Notes under the pieces: model-generated | What the model was told of the DNA's origin: nothing | The model's database searches: none | The model's input: the letters and a program-made list of their open reading frames with translations, nothing else | NCBI GenBank assembly: GCA_977030845.1 | Contig: OZ365112.1 | Location: 15,996,001-16,060,000, forward strand | From: Fimbriosthenelais zetlandica | Lineage: Eukaryota | Direction: 5' to 3' | Length of the DNA: 64,000 nucleotides | Shown: positions 51,001 to 63,000 of the stretch, one piece after another | Layout: each line of letters starts with the position of its first letter | Numbering within the stretch: position 1 is the stretch's first letter | Translations under genes and position numbers: made by a program

Positions 51001-54000
51001 TCACGTGTTTTGTTTGGAGGTCATGTGACTATAGGTAGACCTGTCTCTGGGTAGGCCTCCATGTTGACAGTGAACACCCAGAGGGCCTGAGGTCTTTAGA
51101 TAAGACACTGTCTCAATGATACGCTGCCAGGTCCCTCAGGTCCCAGTGATGTGATTGGAACGGGTACAGGGCTCTATTCCACTTAGTTCCGATTTCGTTT
51201 CCCAAGTTATTCCATTCCATACAGTCCTTTAAATCCCGTGAGACAAAGCACCATGCCGGGCACCATGGTGAATATCTCTTGTAGCTCTAGACATGCTTTT
51301 AACTCATTTCACTTTGCATTTATGTAATTTTGCCAGATGATTATTGGAAATGGCTCATAATGTACTAATACTTAAGTAGAAATTAACTTCACTTTCTCAC
51401 AGGAATTGGCGAGGGAAACTGCTTGCAGAAATCACGCTATGGCAGGTGGTGGAAGACAGGAAATGACCTCACGGTGGCGGAAGGGAAAAGCGGAAGTGGC
51501 AACATACACTAATGTCCTTGGGGATTCCCCTTTTCTATCCTTTTCCAGATATTATGAGACCGGGTCGATCAAACCAGGTGTGATCGGAGGGTCCAAACCC
51601 AAAGTAGCGACCCCCAAAGTTGTAGATGCCATAACCAAATACAAACAGGAAAACCCAACCATGTTTGCTTGGGAGATCCGTGATCGCCTCTTGGCTGAAC
51701 AAGTGTGTACATCCGACAATATACCGAGCGTCAGCTCAATCAATAGGTAAGCCGCGTTATGATCTGTTCACTTACACCTTGACATACTAATCCAGTGGGG
51801 TGTTTCCCGTCCCGCTCTCCCTATTGCAGGTACTATGAGACAGGGTCTATAAAACCCGGAGTTATCGGGGGATCGAAGCCAAAGGTAGCCACACCCAAAG
51901 TTGTAGATGCGATCTGCAAATATAAGAGAGAAAATCCCACTATGTTCGCTTGGGAAATCCGTGACCGGTTATTGGCAGAAAATGTCTGTGATCAAGAAAA
52001 TGTTCCGTCTGTCAGCTCGATCAACAGGTAAGGTTCAATAAGCGTGTAGATTTTGTGCCGTGACACCCTGCTAGTGCTTTAAGTGTGTACTTCCTATACG
52101 CATGCGCACAGCCGGCATGATGAGTGAAATTGAGAGATAACGTGCACCAAGGAGCATGACTTGAACCACCTAAGTATTTTTGCATTATTTTAAAACCCTT
52201 GATTTTTTATTTTGAATTAACATAGTTGAAATATGATTGAAAAAATCTTGTTGATCTCCCCCCACTGCTATATTTTAGTCTAAAATATTCGGGTATGTAT
52301 TTTATTACCATTTGTAAGGAATAATGGGATATATATCTTACCTTAACTGCCTTTGGTCAATCATCAATCATATTTCAAGATGTTATCAAGTTGTGTCCCA
52401 ACGATTGTATTAGAGGCTGTCAATGTTATCAGCGCCATAGCATTGGCAGCCATACCACATCTAAAGTGCATGTATTGGCTCTAGTGGATAGGCTTGCATG
52501 CCGATAACCCCGCCACCTTTAAGGCTGAAGGGTCAATCTGTCAATGTCAGAATGTACATCTCTTGCGGCAGGCACATAATGTGGCAGTAACATGAAACTA
52601 GGCCTGTCAAGGTAAGCCCGCCCCCTGACGTTGGGCCTGCTATTCTTGCCGCGAGGTCTACCTGCTCGTGGTGCATACCCCAGACGAAATGATTAAATCC
52701 CTGCTCAGACAGGTGCTAAAAGTTGTAAGAAAAACATGCATTGTTACCAAATCAAACCACCCTGTACAGGATGTCTTATCATGTTGGGATCTGACTGGAA
52801 GTCGGTCGGTTAAATCATTTAACGAATTCAACAATGTTCTGTAGGTATTAATGTGTGCAATTTGAAACTTTTGGGAGGGGAAAGACATGACAATATCAGA
52901 AAATACATCTGCGGGTGACTAATGAAAAGATATCTAAGTACATGGGGTGTTTTCCATATCTACATGGTCAGTCGAGGGGCTGGGGTAAAGATAACGGAGT
53001 CCAATACGGGTATATTGTTAAAGGAGGCTAAAGACATACTGGACAACGGTGGTGGGAAGGTGACTTCTCTGGACCTTTTAACAACTGAATGTCTGGGATT
53101 GATTTGGAAGCAATGGGCCTAACGGTTGTTTTTGAGTTAAAGCTGTTGTGCACGCACACCTCTATGGGCGGTAGGGCCTTTGATGTAGGACGACACCTCA
53201 GCTTAATGATGATGGCGGGGTAGGGCCATATTAGACCCAGCCTTTACCTGAGAAGAACTCATCATGGCGGGCCTGGAGTTGGGCCTTATTGTCCTCGAGT
53301 CAAGAGGTGTCATACAAACTGACAGCGAGTCCACATCATACACATCCTATGGGAACTGGCGAAACAAGACCTAAACCCATTGAGGCCCTATATAGCGTGA
53401 CGCTGCTGTGATTTGGACCCTTCTAACTCACGTCCTGATAGAGCCCCATTCTTGTAGTCATGACGTTGGTACCTTGTCGTGACGAGGCAACTGCTACAGC
53501 ACGCCAAGTCGCTACATCACGTGCCTATTGTCTCAGTTGGTTTTAGCGTGTCTGTGGGCCCCTATAATACTATATCATTTCCCCGCCTACTTACCTGAAA
53601 CAGGCTGGTCTTCCACTAATAGTTTTCTCCCTTCTCATTGCCATGGTCTTTGATTGCCAAAGCTGTTTCCTCCGACACCTTTCAATTAGCACTCAATAGG
53701 GCTTTAAACCATTCCTTCTATAGGCCTACATCAAAGGCCTTAGCTTATTCCGACCGATACAATGTGATCTATTCATTATTCTATTAGTTGCTACTGCTAC
53801 GTGCCCATGAACGGAACCCAGCGTTTAGATGGAGATCATATTGTAACGATCTACACTAATGCATAAAGGGAACTTAGACAGTATAGAACAAATGTGAATA
53901 TTCTTAACCATTGCATGAGTGCATATTGCATGAGCACGTCAGCCATGGTAACATAGCAAATTGATGGCAATTACCATTTATCAGTTAGCCTGCTTGGTTG

Positions 54001-57000
54001 ATAAGTGACAACAAATTTCCAATCAATGAAATATTTATCTAAATTCTATTTTATAAAAAAAATAAGAGTGCATTTTGAGTGATAAGAGTCCCCCTTTGAA
54101 ATATCCCTTTTGGAAAAGCAACTTTTGAAAACAAGCCCAAGCCTCAATGTATTCTACCAATGCCTATTAAACGTCCTACCAAAAAAGAGGAGCTTTGATG
54201 ATGTGATTAGTTTTAAGGACTTCTAACCGGAATGATAATGGAAATGTCTTTAGTGAATGACTAAGTGACAGCAGGAAGACGGATATGCATGTCATCTTCA
54301 ACCTGACCTTGTACTGAGAATGAAAACTTGGGCCTTTGTGAAAACAGAAAAGCTCAGACCAGTTGGCAACATTTACTAATCCATGTATACAACTACCAAA
54401 AGTTTCTTTTACACGCAGCTGATAAAAATGTGTCAAGTTATGGTCCACAATGACTCCGGATATGAACTATCTATGGGATTTTTCATATCATTATTTTGTT
54501 GGTATAAGTTGTATACCTTTAGGTCCTGATGGATCACGTTATAACCCTAAACCATATATATGTTTCTAATCATTTTGGCTCCAGCCACCAATTTCATCAC
54601 TGAATTGCAAAACTCATGATTATTTTCCAAATTTGCATGCACCAATCAATAAAGAAAATGCATGTTAGGAAAAAAATTACTGAAACTATTTGAAAATGGA
54701 TCGATGGAGAAGATTTGAGCAAAGAGTTTTTGGTGACGGAAAGTTTATGTTTTTCAGAATTTCGCGCAATCTGGTCTGGGCGTCCCAATCGAGGGATGGT
54801 GGGAACCAACAAAGTCCTAACCAAGCAGGCTCACCATCCGAATGGCAAGTGTCCTTATCAATATATCATCCTACAGATATCGTTCTGATTGACCCAGACA
54901 CTTTGACCTAAAAGAGAACACACCCCGAGAGGAAAACAACCCCATCATGCCATCATTTACAATGAATATCTTAAGCAGTTCACAGGACATCTATTAGTCG
55001 AGCAATATAAAAGATGTTAGCTAGACTGATTCGCAACAGATTTTTGGACATTGGGACAATGCAATTTATAGCATAGTGCTACATAGCCGGGGAAATCTAG
55101 TAAAGAGTCGAGAAGTGATATGTGTATTCGTATCGAGGGTACATCTGACGGGACTACATCATTTTTTCCCTACTAATTAAGGGTTTTTTTTATTGGCCCA
55201 GAATTTAAAAATGGTTTTGGGGCAACATGGCCATTATTGACAGCTGACCTAGTGAAGGGTTGATATTTCATGTGGGACGTTTTCCCTTCTGCTTATCAGA
55301 GCGCAGCCAGGCCTCCTGCTTTATCACAGCAATTGGCGCTACCGCCAGTGGATGTCCTGCATGGATTCAAAATATCAAAACTGAATCCCACTCATCTTCC
55401 TTTTAGTCTACATGACCCATCCTTTTTTATCTTCTATACAGCTACCTCTTTTCTCTTTCCATTGACATTGTCGTGTAGACAGATTTTATATTATAGATGT
55501 GGTCTGATATTGTGCTATTTTCTGAAGTATATTGAGATCTTTGTTCGCGTCCCCTGACTTGGATTTTCTATGTAGGAAGGCCCTGTGTTTTTATTCTGGT
55601 CAGTAGTCTGGCTCACGGTTACTGGCCGTTAGTAGTATATGGAAAAAAATATATTCAGCTCCGGTTCATCTTTCATCATCGCCATTAACATTACAATGTA
55701 AGCTAGACAGAAATAGTATGTCATTAACGTAAATCAATTTTAAGTATCTGGCTCTGAATGATGGTTTTTAATGAATAATGTATTGGTTGCTTCAGGATTG
55801 TGAGGAATAAAGCCGCTGAGAAGGTGAAGACACCAGGTCCTAACAGTCCTGTCGGGGCTGGTAATGCCACACCTGTAATAACACAGGCTCCAGCGGCACA
55901 CACCAGCCCCCATCAGCCTTATACTATCTCAACCATCCTGGGCATGCCCACCACAGCCACCGACGTCAACGGTAACAAGAGGCGGCATGACGAAACAGGT
56001 AGGGTATATTAAAGAAACTACTACTATTAGCTTTATTTCCCTATCATACTTCCACAAACATGGATCAATTTTAGATTTTTTTTTATTTCTGTAAAGTAGT
56101 AAATGATGTATAAGGAGATTGGTTTTTATGGTCGTGCTGCCTGTGTCTCCTGTCGAGAATGACAGACGACAATGTTAATAATACATGGATCAATGTATCA
56201 TGTATTGTTCCTCCATCATTCCAACTCGGGGCCCGTGCCAAGAAATGCATATCTCCAGCCTTACTGAGCATGCTTTATCTGGACATAAAAACGGCCTCAT
56301 GAAAATAACCACAGTTTTTGTTCCAAGTTGTCCATAAAATATTGATGGGATGTCTCGTAAATGCGACTACAATGTACATGGAATGTTCTTCATCCTTGGC
56401 TCAAAGTGTGCCTCTACATTCTGACAGAATCTATATGTTCTGGCGTCTGTTATTTGGCTCTGCCCTTGGTCGTCTTAATGTGCGGCTTGCATCAACACGC
56501 ACTCTCTTTCGCTCTTTCTCTAACTCCTACCTCATCTCCACGAATCCCATTCCTATTTTGTCAAGCACTTCGCCTTTTTTCCCCACCCAGTCTCCCATTT
56601 TGTCTCCCAGTAGTAATAGTAGCAGACCTAGTACTAGTGTTCATCTGCCCTATCTCAAGGTTGGTAGCGCGTGAAAACAACAACACGGAAATGGGCACAC
56701 TACAGCTGTGGGCTGTGAGCGCATGGGGGCGCAGTGATCAGACAAGTGTGTCCAGACACAACCAGCTCTGATATCAACACTGTCGATTTATTTCACCGCC
56801 CATGACTGCCGCTCACCTCCATAACACACATATACTATTTATAGACTGAATTATGTCTATATAAGGGCCAATCTGTGTATATATAGCACATTCTATTCAT
56901 TATATTCACACCTTCTCCCATTCGTCTCGACTACATTCGAAATTGACCGATATTTTACGGTCTGTCTCTGTTGAGCAATTTCTTGGATCAGTCCATAGAC

Positions 57001-60000
57001 CACATGATGTTCTTTCACGGCATTTTCTCGTACATTAATTTTTTGGGCCGTTAGCTCTATTCGACAATTCATGTGTCGCAGTCTGAAAATGGACACCTCG
57101 TTAATTTCATATTTGATGCAATTGATTGGCTGCCTATGGTTGTCCGGAAATAAGACAAATATCCATCCAATTTAGTCTTGCATTATTATGATGATTATGT
57201 TGTTGTGGGGCGATCAGTTAAATGACTTTGTCATTAAGTCAGCCAGTGACAGCCATGTCACACAATGCGCCTGCACGCGGCCCGCCTGCGCTATGAGCAT
57301 GCGCTCCCCCGCTGACAGTTTGGCCTGTAATAGATCACGGATAGGCTGAAAACCTCTGAGGTGCTCATCTATAGACCCCGTGAATTTCTTTTCAAAAGAA
57401 GTTACCTTATTGTCAAAGGTGTTAGGGTATGGATTTACCAAATAGAAAATTGTGGCTTTATTGGTGGTTTCTTTCCTATATTTTACCCTTTTAACTTGAC
57501 ATCGACAATGGCCCATGCCATCCGCGACGTATTCAGGTCAGGACATGACGTATCGGGGAGGCAGAGTGCTTGGAAGAATGGCACTAATGTAAATGAAGAC
57601 GATCGGCTGTTCCACTTGATGGAGTACCTCCCGCTGAGGCATGCATCAGCCCAAGCCTTCTAGCACCAATTCAATTTATCGAGGCCACTTCCCCACCGGA
57701 AGTGGAGTCCATTTGGGCATGTGCATTCGTCGTATCCATCTCACAGCGCCCTTTCGCCCACACCCCATCTAGGCGGAGCACCTTTATTGCCCCTGGGCTG
57801 AAATCTGACTGGCCTGGACCCCTGCTCACTGCGACCATGCTGAGCCCGGGGAAATATGGCACTACCCCACAACCACTACCATAATGACGGTACACGCTAA
57901 TTTATCGCTGTGTCAAAAGGTTGGGGAATTAATAAATCAGTCGGCAGGGTGCAGGCCGCGAGCTGGGCAAGGCTTAGAGGTTGGAGGCAGTGCCACCTGG
58001 GCCAGCCTGATAAAACTAGCCCTGATAGATGGCACTGTATGGTGGGCGGCGGCGGCAGGAGGTGGGAGAATATGGAGGAAGGCACTTAGCGATTGTCTAC
58101 AGGATGGGCTTAGGTTGTATAAGGTGTAAACGACACACCATGTAGTGATGCCACTCTACACAGTGATAGCCAAAGAGAATCTTTGGTTGTTTGGATCTGA
58201 TCTGCCCTTGAGAGGGTTTATCCCAAGGTTGAGTGTCTTACAAGAAGCGTGTGCCAGAGGTCAGGGCGGATGCTGTGACGCAGGTTTTTGCCCTTCAGGG
58301 TCAGTTTTTTCTCAATGGGCCTGAAGCTGGTACCATTCACCAGCTCGCGGATGCCCTGCTGCTGATAAGCGCCCTCAATGATAGGAGCTTGAATTACTGG
58401 AGAACAATCCGGGGGTGTGAAGTGCCCGTAACCCAATCGGCGGGTATTGTGTGCTTGTTTGTCGCCTAGATAGCTTTAATCAATGGGTCTCTTGGGCTGG
58501 CCCGCCTTCACATGTCAATGTTTATAAGCACTGAAGTCCCACCCGAACAATCAGGTCCTAATAGAATTAGACCTCACTGAGTGGCCCACCCGGTACAGAA
58601 TGGACCGCCCATGGGCCTTTCTGATGTCACTCCCCCAATGACGCCATGCAGCCCTATGACACTCTCCTCGCTCCTCTACCCCGCCCTTCCATGAACATCG
58701 GCAGACTTTTCAAGGAGTGCTTCCTGGCACTCTCCCCCATTCCTCTATACTGCTTACAGTGAACTGACCAGTCCTTTAACAAGGTTATCGACTTTGTTGT
58801 ATTACTCTTCCAGTGAAAGGAGAATGAATGTATCCAGACGAGAATTTGAAACTGTTTTTAAAGCAAATTCTCAGACATCTTAGCAATCTCCATACAGCCA
58901 TACAAATGTAGGCCAAGTCCCATAGATTCTCAATGGAGATGTGCTGTATAATTGTTCTGATATAGTCTAATTATTTACCAAAAGAAATCATTCAACTGGG
59001 GAGGATTGTCCCCTGACTGGTAACAGCATTCCGTATATAATTCAGATGCTAACTTAAAAAATGGGTTAACGTTGACCTAATGTTTATCCAATGCCAGTGG
59101 GTTTTGCCAGTTAATGTTTCTCATTTCCATGTGCTACTGGGGTCGAATATGGTTGCGCTTTATTGGGTAAAAAACTTGCAACACTTTAAGGCATAGAACA
59201 TATTTTTATTTGACATTACCCGATACACACAATGTATGGATTATTGGAGCACGATTATTGCATGGTAGAGGCAAACAAAAATCAATCTAAAGTCTGGTTA
59301 CTGAGAGTTGGTATTAGATTTATTATCCCCCTGCTTTTTAATCATGTTTTCATATACTTAAACAGCGCTAAAAGAGCCTTAATATGATGTATTTTTACCG
59401 AAGCGTGAATATATAGGCTTATACACACGCCATCAAGATTATGGGCTCAATAACCGTGCTATCATCATATGTTAACTGCTCAAGAGTCTTTAGCCAAGGG
59501 AAGGATCAGGGATAAGTGAATTAGGGAGATAATCTCCATACCATTGCACCTCAATGATATCCTTGACCGACCGACCAGACAACTGCCTGCTCCTAGGCGC
59601 GCTATAGGTTTTGTAACCGTTGACTATTTTTTCCCATGTTGGTGGCGTGGTTACAACGCTGCGATGCGGGGGCAACTAGGCTTGTCTAATGAGATACCGC
59701 TTGAAGCGGACTGGCTTCATGAGTCACTCCATACTGGGCCCTTCAGCTCACAAATGCTCACAAACAAAAGGCTCGGGGATATGAGTAATATGATTATGGA
59801 CAGGCTTTATAGCTCTCCCAATACTTACTCATTCCCCAGCCCGGTCTACTTCATCAAAAAAGTTAACATTTAAATGGAAGTTGTGATAATCTCCCCGAGG
59901 GATCAAAATTAACCTATTTCTCCGAACTACATCAATACATGTATCTAAGTAGCTTTGTGAATCCGTTATTGAAAGAAGTTTGTTGGAGTGAGAAACTTGA

Positions 60001-63000
60001 GCTGAGACATTAAAATACTTTAAAGTATTTTGTAAGGTCGAAGCCATTGTCAAATTAAGCAATATAATTATGGCACAGATTGTATAAGAGAGGGCATTAA
60101 AACTCCTATCAGATGTATATAGGAGATGTAGGAATTTTGTCTTGCCCTATTAGCCCTACTTTATTACATCAGATTGGAGCACCAGGTCCCGGTGCGACAG
60201 TGGAACTAACCTGGCGGCCTACATACAATGAGCAGCTCACCGAGCGTACAATTTAAGTCAGTCACCCGGCACGGCCTGCAGAGCTGCTCCCCACTCCAGC
60301 GCCAAGCTCCCACTGCCTTCTCCCAGGATCCACGCCTGCTAAATGGACTCTAAAATTTGCCCGTCTCTGCCTGTTCAAAGTGAACCATATAGCTGGCACG
60401 AGGCTCTCTTTTATATAGAGACAATCTTCAGAGGAGTGGGTCTGTATGAATGGGCAATGTTGGCATGAGGGAGGTGGGCAGGAGAGGTGGGGAGCATGGG
60501 AAGGCCCTCCCCCCTCCCTTTACCCCCACGAGGGAGATGCCAATAAATCCACCTTGCTACGCACCGTGGCGGATCAAAAGAGGCTCCCCGTTTGGGGCAA
60601 TAGTCCGAGTCATATGTGGACAGAGCTGGATCGTCTACCAGCTAAATTGGCCACGAAATGAGAGCTAGTGAATGTGATTGCCTGTCCGGTCGGGCAGAGA
60701 TTGTTTGTGACAAATTAAAAAGCGAAGCTCGATCCGGTGGTCCGTTGAGGTCAGGGGTCTCGGCGTTTGTTCTTAGCCGAGCAACTCAGCAGAGCTGACA
60801 CAGGAGCATTAGAGTCAAGTCACTTGTGAGATCGGCGTGGACGTTCTGCTCTTTTGGTCAGTTGTGAAGCATGAAATGGCAGTGAGGTTGAGGAGTCCAT
60901 AGAGTTTTCTTATACTACATTGACCCCAGCCTAAAGGGTATAGAGGAATTATGCTGCCCTCTAATACGAGCACTGGGCAATGGTCACAGGAGCATATGGC
61001 TTTGAATTGCCTATATTTACGCAATTGGTTTCCATCTGCCCCAGTTAAAGGATTACATAGTTTAATATGAGACGAGGAAAACTTTAAGAATTTCCTTCTG
61101 CAAAATAATATTAATGCATGCCCATACAGCTTATTTTGGCTCACACAGTCTTCCCCCATCTCCTCTTCCTGTTGCATAGATAACCTAATGGTTCTGGATT
61201 GTCAAAAGAAAACAGTCATAAAGAATCACATAGCGCCATCACATCACCAACGCCATCTTTGCCATATCGATGATATCACTCTCAACATGACTTCGGCTAT
61301 CATTTTTGAGCTTCGCCTTCTCTCATCCAAACCGTTAAGTCAGGCGCGCTGTCACTTAAGGTTTCAACGAGCGATAATAAGGGCCAAAGTCCATATCAGT
61401 AACAGGCAGAAGCTTAGCGTGGTACACTACATACAGAACAAGATGCCCTCTCACGTATGCCGACAAAGGCATGTATAACAAGGTCACTGTTCCCACCCTG
61501 AGGGCTCGCCTCTGAAGTCTCGCGGGAACGTGGCCCGCGACAATGGTCTTGTCCGTCAAAGAAATTAAGCGCCTTATGATAAACGCACACCACGTGATCT
61601 CTCGCGACCTCGCGAGATCGCGGCGTCCAGAGGAGTGCGCCTGGCGGAAGGAGCGAAAAGTTTTGGCTTAATTCTGTTGGGTTCAGGTTACAGTGCTATA
61701 GGTCGGGCATCATGTGCAAGGCATGTCGCTCGTTAAAAAATATGGCATATGCCTCCCATATGTGCTATCATACACATGTGTTGTTCATACATGATATGGG
61801 AAATATCATTACCCAGAGGCACTGCATTTTATAGAGGTCTATACATCTGTTCTTATGTTACCATGTCTTAGATCTATATCGACCTGCACCTTTTTAGTTG
61901 ATGTATTCTTTTTATAGAATGGTATAATAGACTCTGGTGTATTACATGCTCCCGTACACATTTCATGAAGGGATCTGCGACTTAAATTATCCCATGAAAG
62001 AGGCTGATAGATCTGATGATAAACTCATGGCCATGGAAAAGCCTTCTGTTTTACATAAAATGTTTAAATCGTTCCTTTCTTTTACAGTTAACGGGCACGG
62101 CGAGGGCACAGAAAATAACACAACAAATGGGGAACCCCGAACAGATGTAAGTCCACATTGATACATTTCATGTTTACCGACAAATAAAAATGTATACCCG
62201 CTAAAAATGCCCCTTTTACCAGCTCATTTATTTCCTTGTCAGATTTTCAAATTTTCAAAAAGAATTGTCATTTTGTTTGCAATTTAACACACCATTTAAC
62301 CTAAGTTTTTCTTTTAAACAAAGACTTTTAACTACTGTCAGTGACTGTTTATTAACTTGTATAAGTGCAAGGCACATGTCGTAACGAGAAAAAAAACTGA
62401 AGACACTTGAGGGCATTAGCTCACAGGCGTGGCCAACAAATTTCTGAAACACATTATACCTCCATACCTTTTGAACATATGTCATTAGAAGCAAAATGAG
62501 GTCATATCGATCATTTTCATACTTGGCACAGCTCCAACGATTCACTTTCTTTAAAGTATTTGAACTGACGGTAATTTCACCGACCTCATTTGATGACAGT
62601 TTAAATGAATTAATTAGTATATTAGAACTTATTTTATAACCGGCCCTCATGATTTATGTGATCTAATGTGTCTTTCTTAGCATGTGTAAAATATGCACTC
62701 ACTGACGTCTGAAAGGATACAAAGACCCACATAATGAAATGTATTGAACAATTACCACTGTAACGTTTCTTTGATCTTTTTTCCCCACAGATACCACAGT
62801 TACCACAGATTTGGTTTGAACCAAGCACCAAAATCATCAAGCGTGACGACAGTACGCCCGAACTGCAACCGGCGCCCCCCACTAACATCTACGCCCAGTT
62901 CCCTTATACGCCTACGTCCCAAGCAGACAACGATCCTATCAAGACAGCCAGCCATCCCCAACAACAACCCAGTACGGTGGACTATAACGCCCTCAGTAAT

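Noticed and set aside
51406-51548. ORF-track N-termini MARETACR... (51406) and MGCFPSRS... (51795) as real protein starts
   Set aside because: They are read-through of intronic sequence and pyrimidine tracts upstream of true acceptors.
51549-52027. Exon duplication as an assembly or haplotype artefact, or as two tandem Pax genes
   Set aside because: The copies differ at 39 of 65 codons and have unrelated flanks, so they are not alleles. Only one exon 2 and one octapeptide exon are present.
98-62650. Longer stand-alone ORFs (98-562, 14221-14712, 22327-22842, 32198-32626, 40214-40684, 41495-41995, 62255-62650)
   Set aside because: No recognisable domain; mostly mirrors of low-complexity purine/pyrimidine tracts or lengths expected by chance. 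No transposase, reverse transcriptase or integrase motifs were seen.
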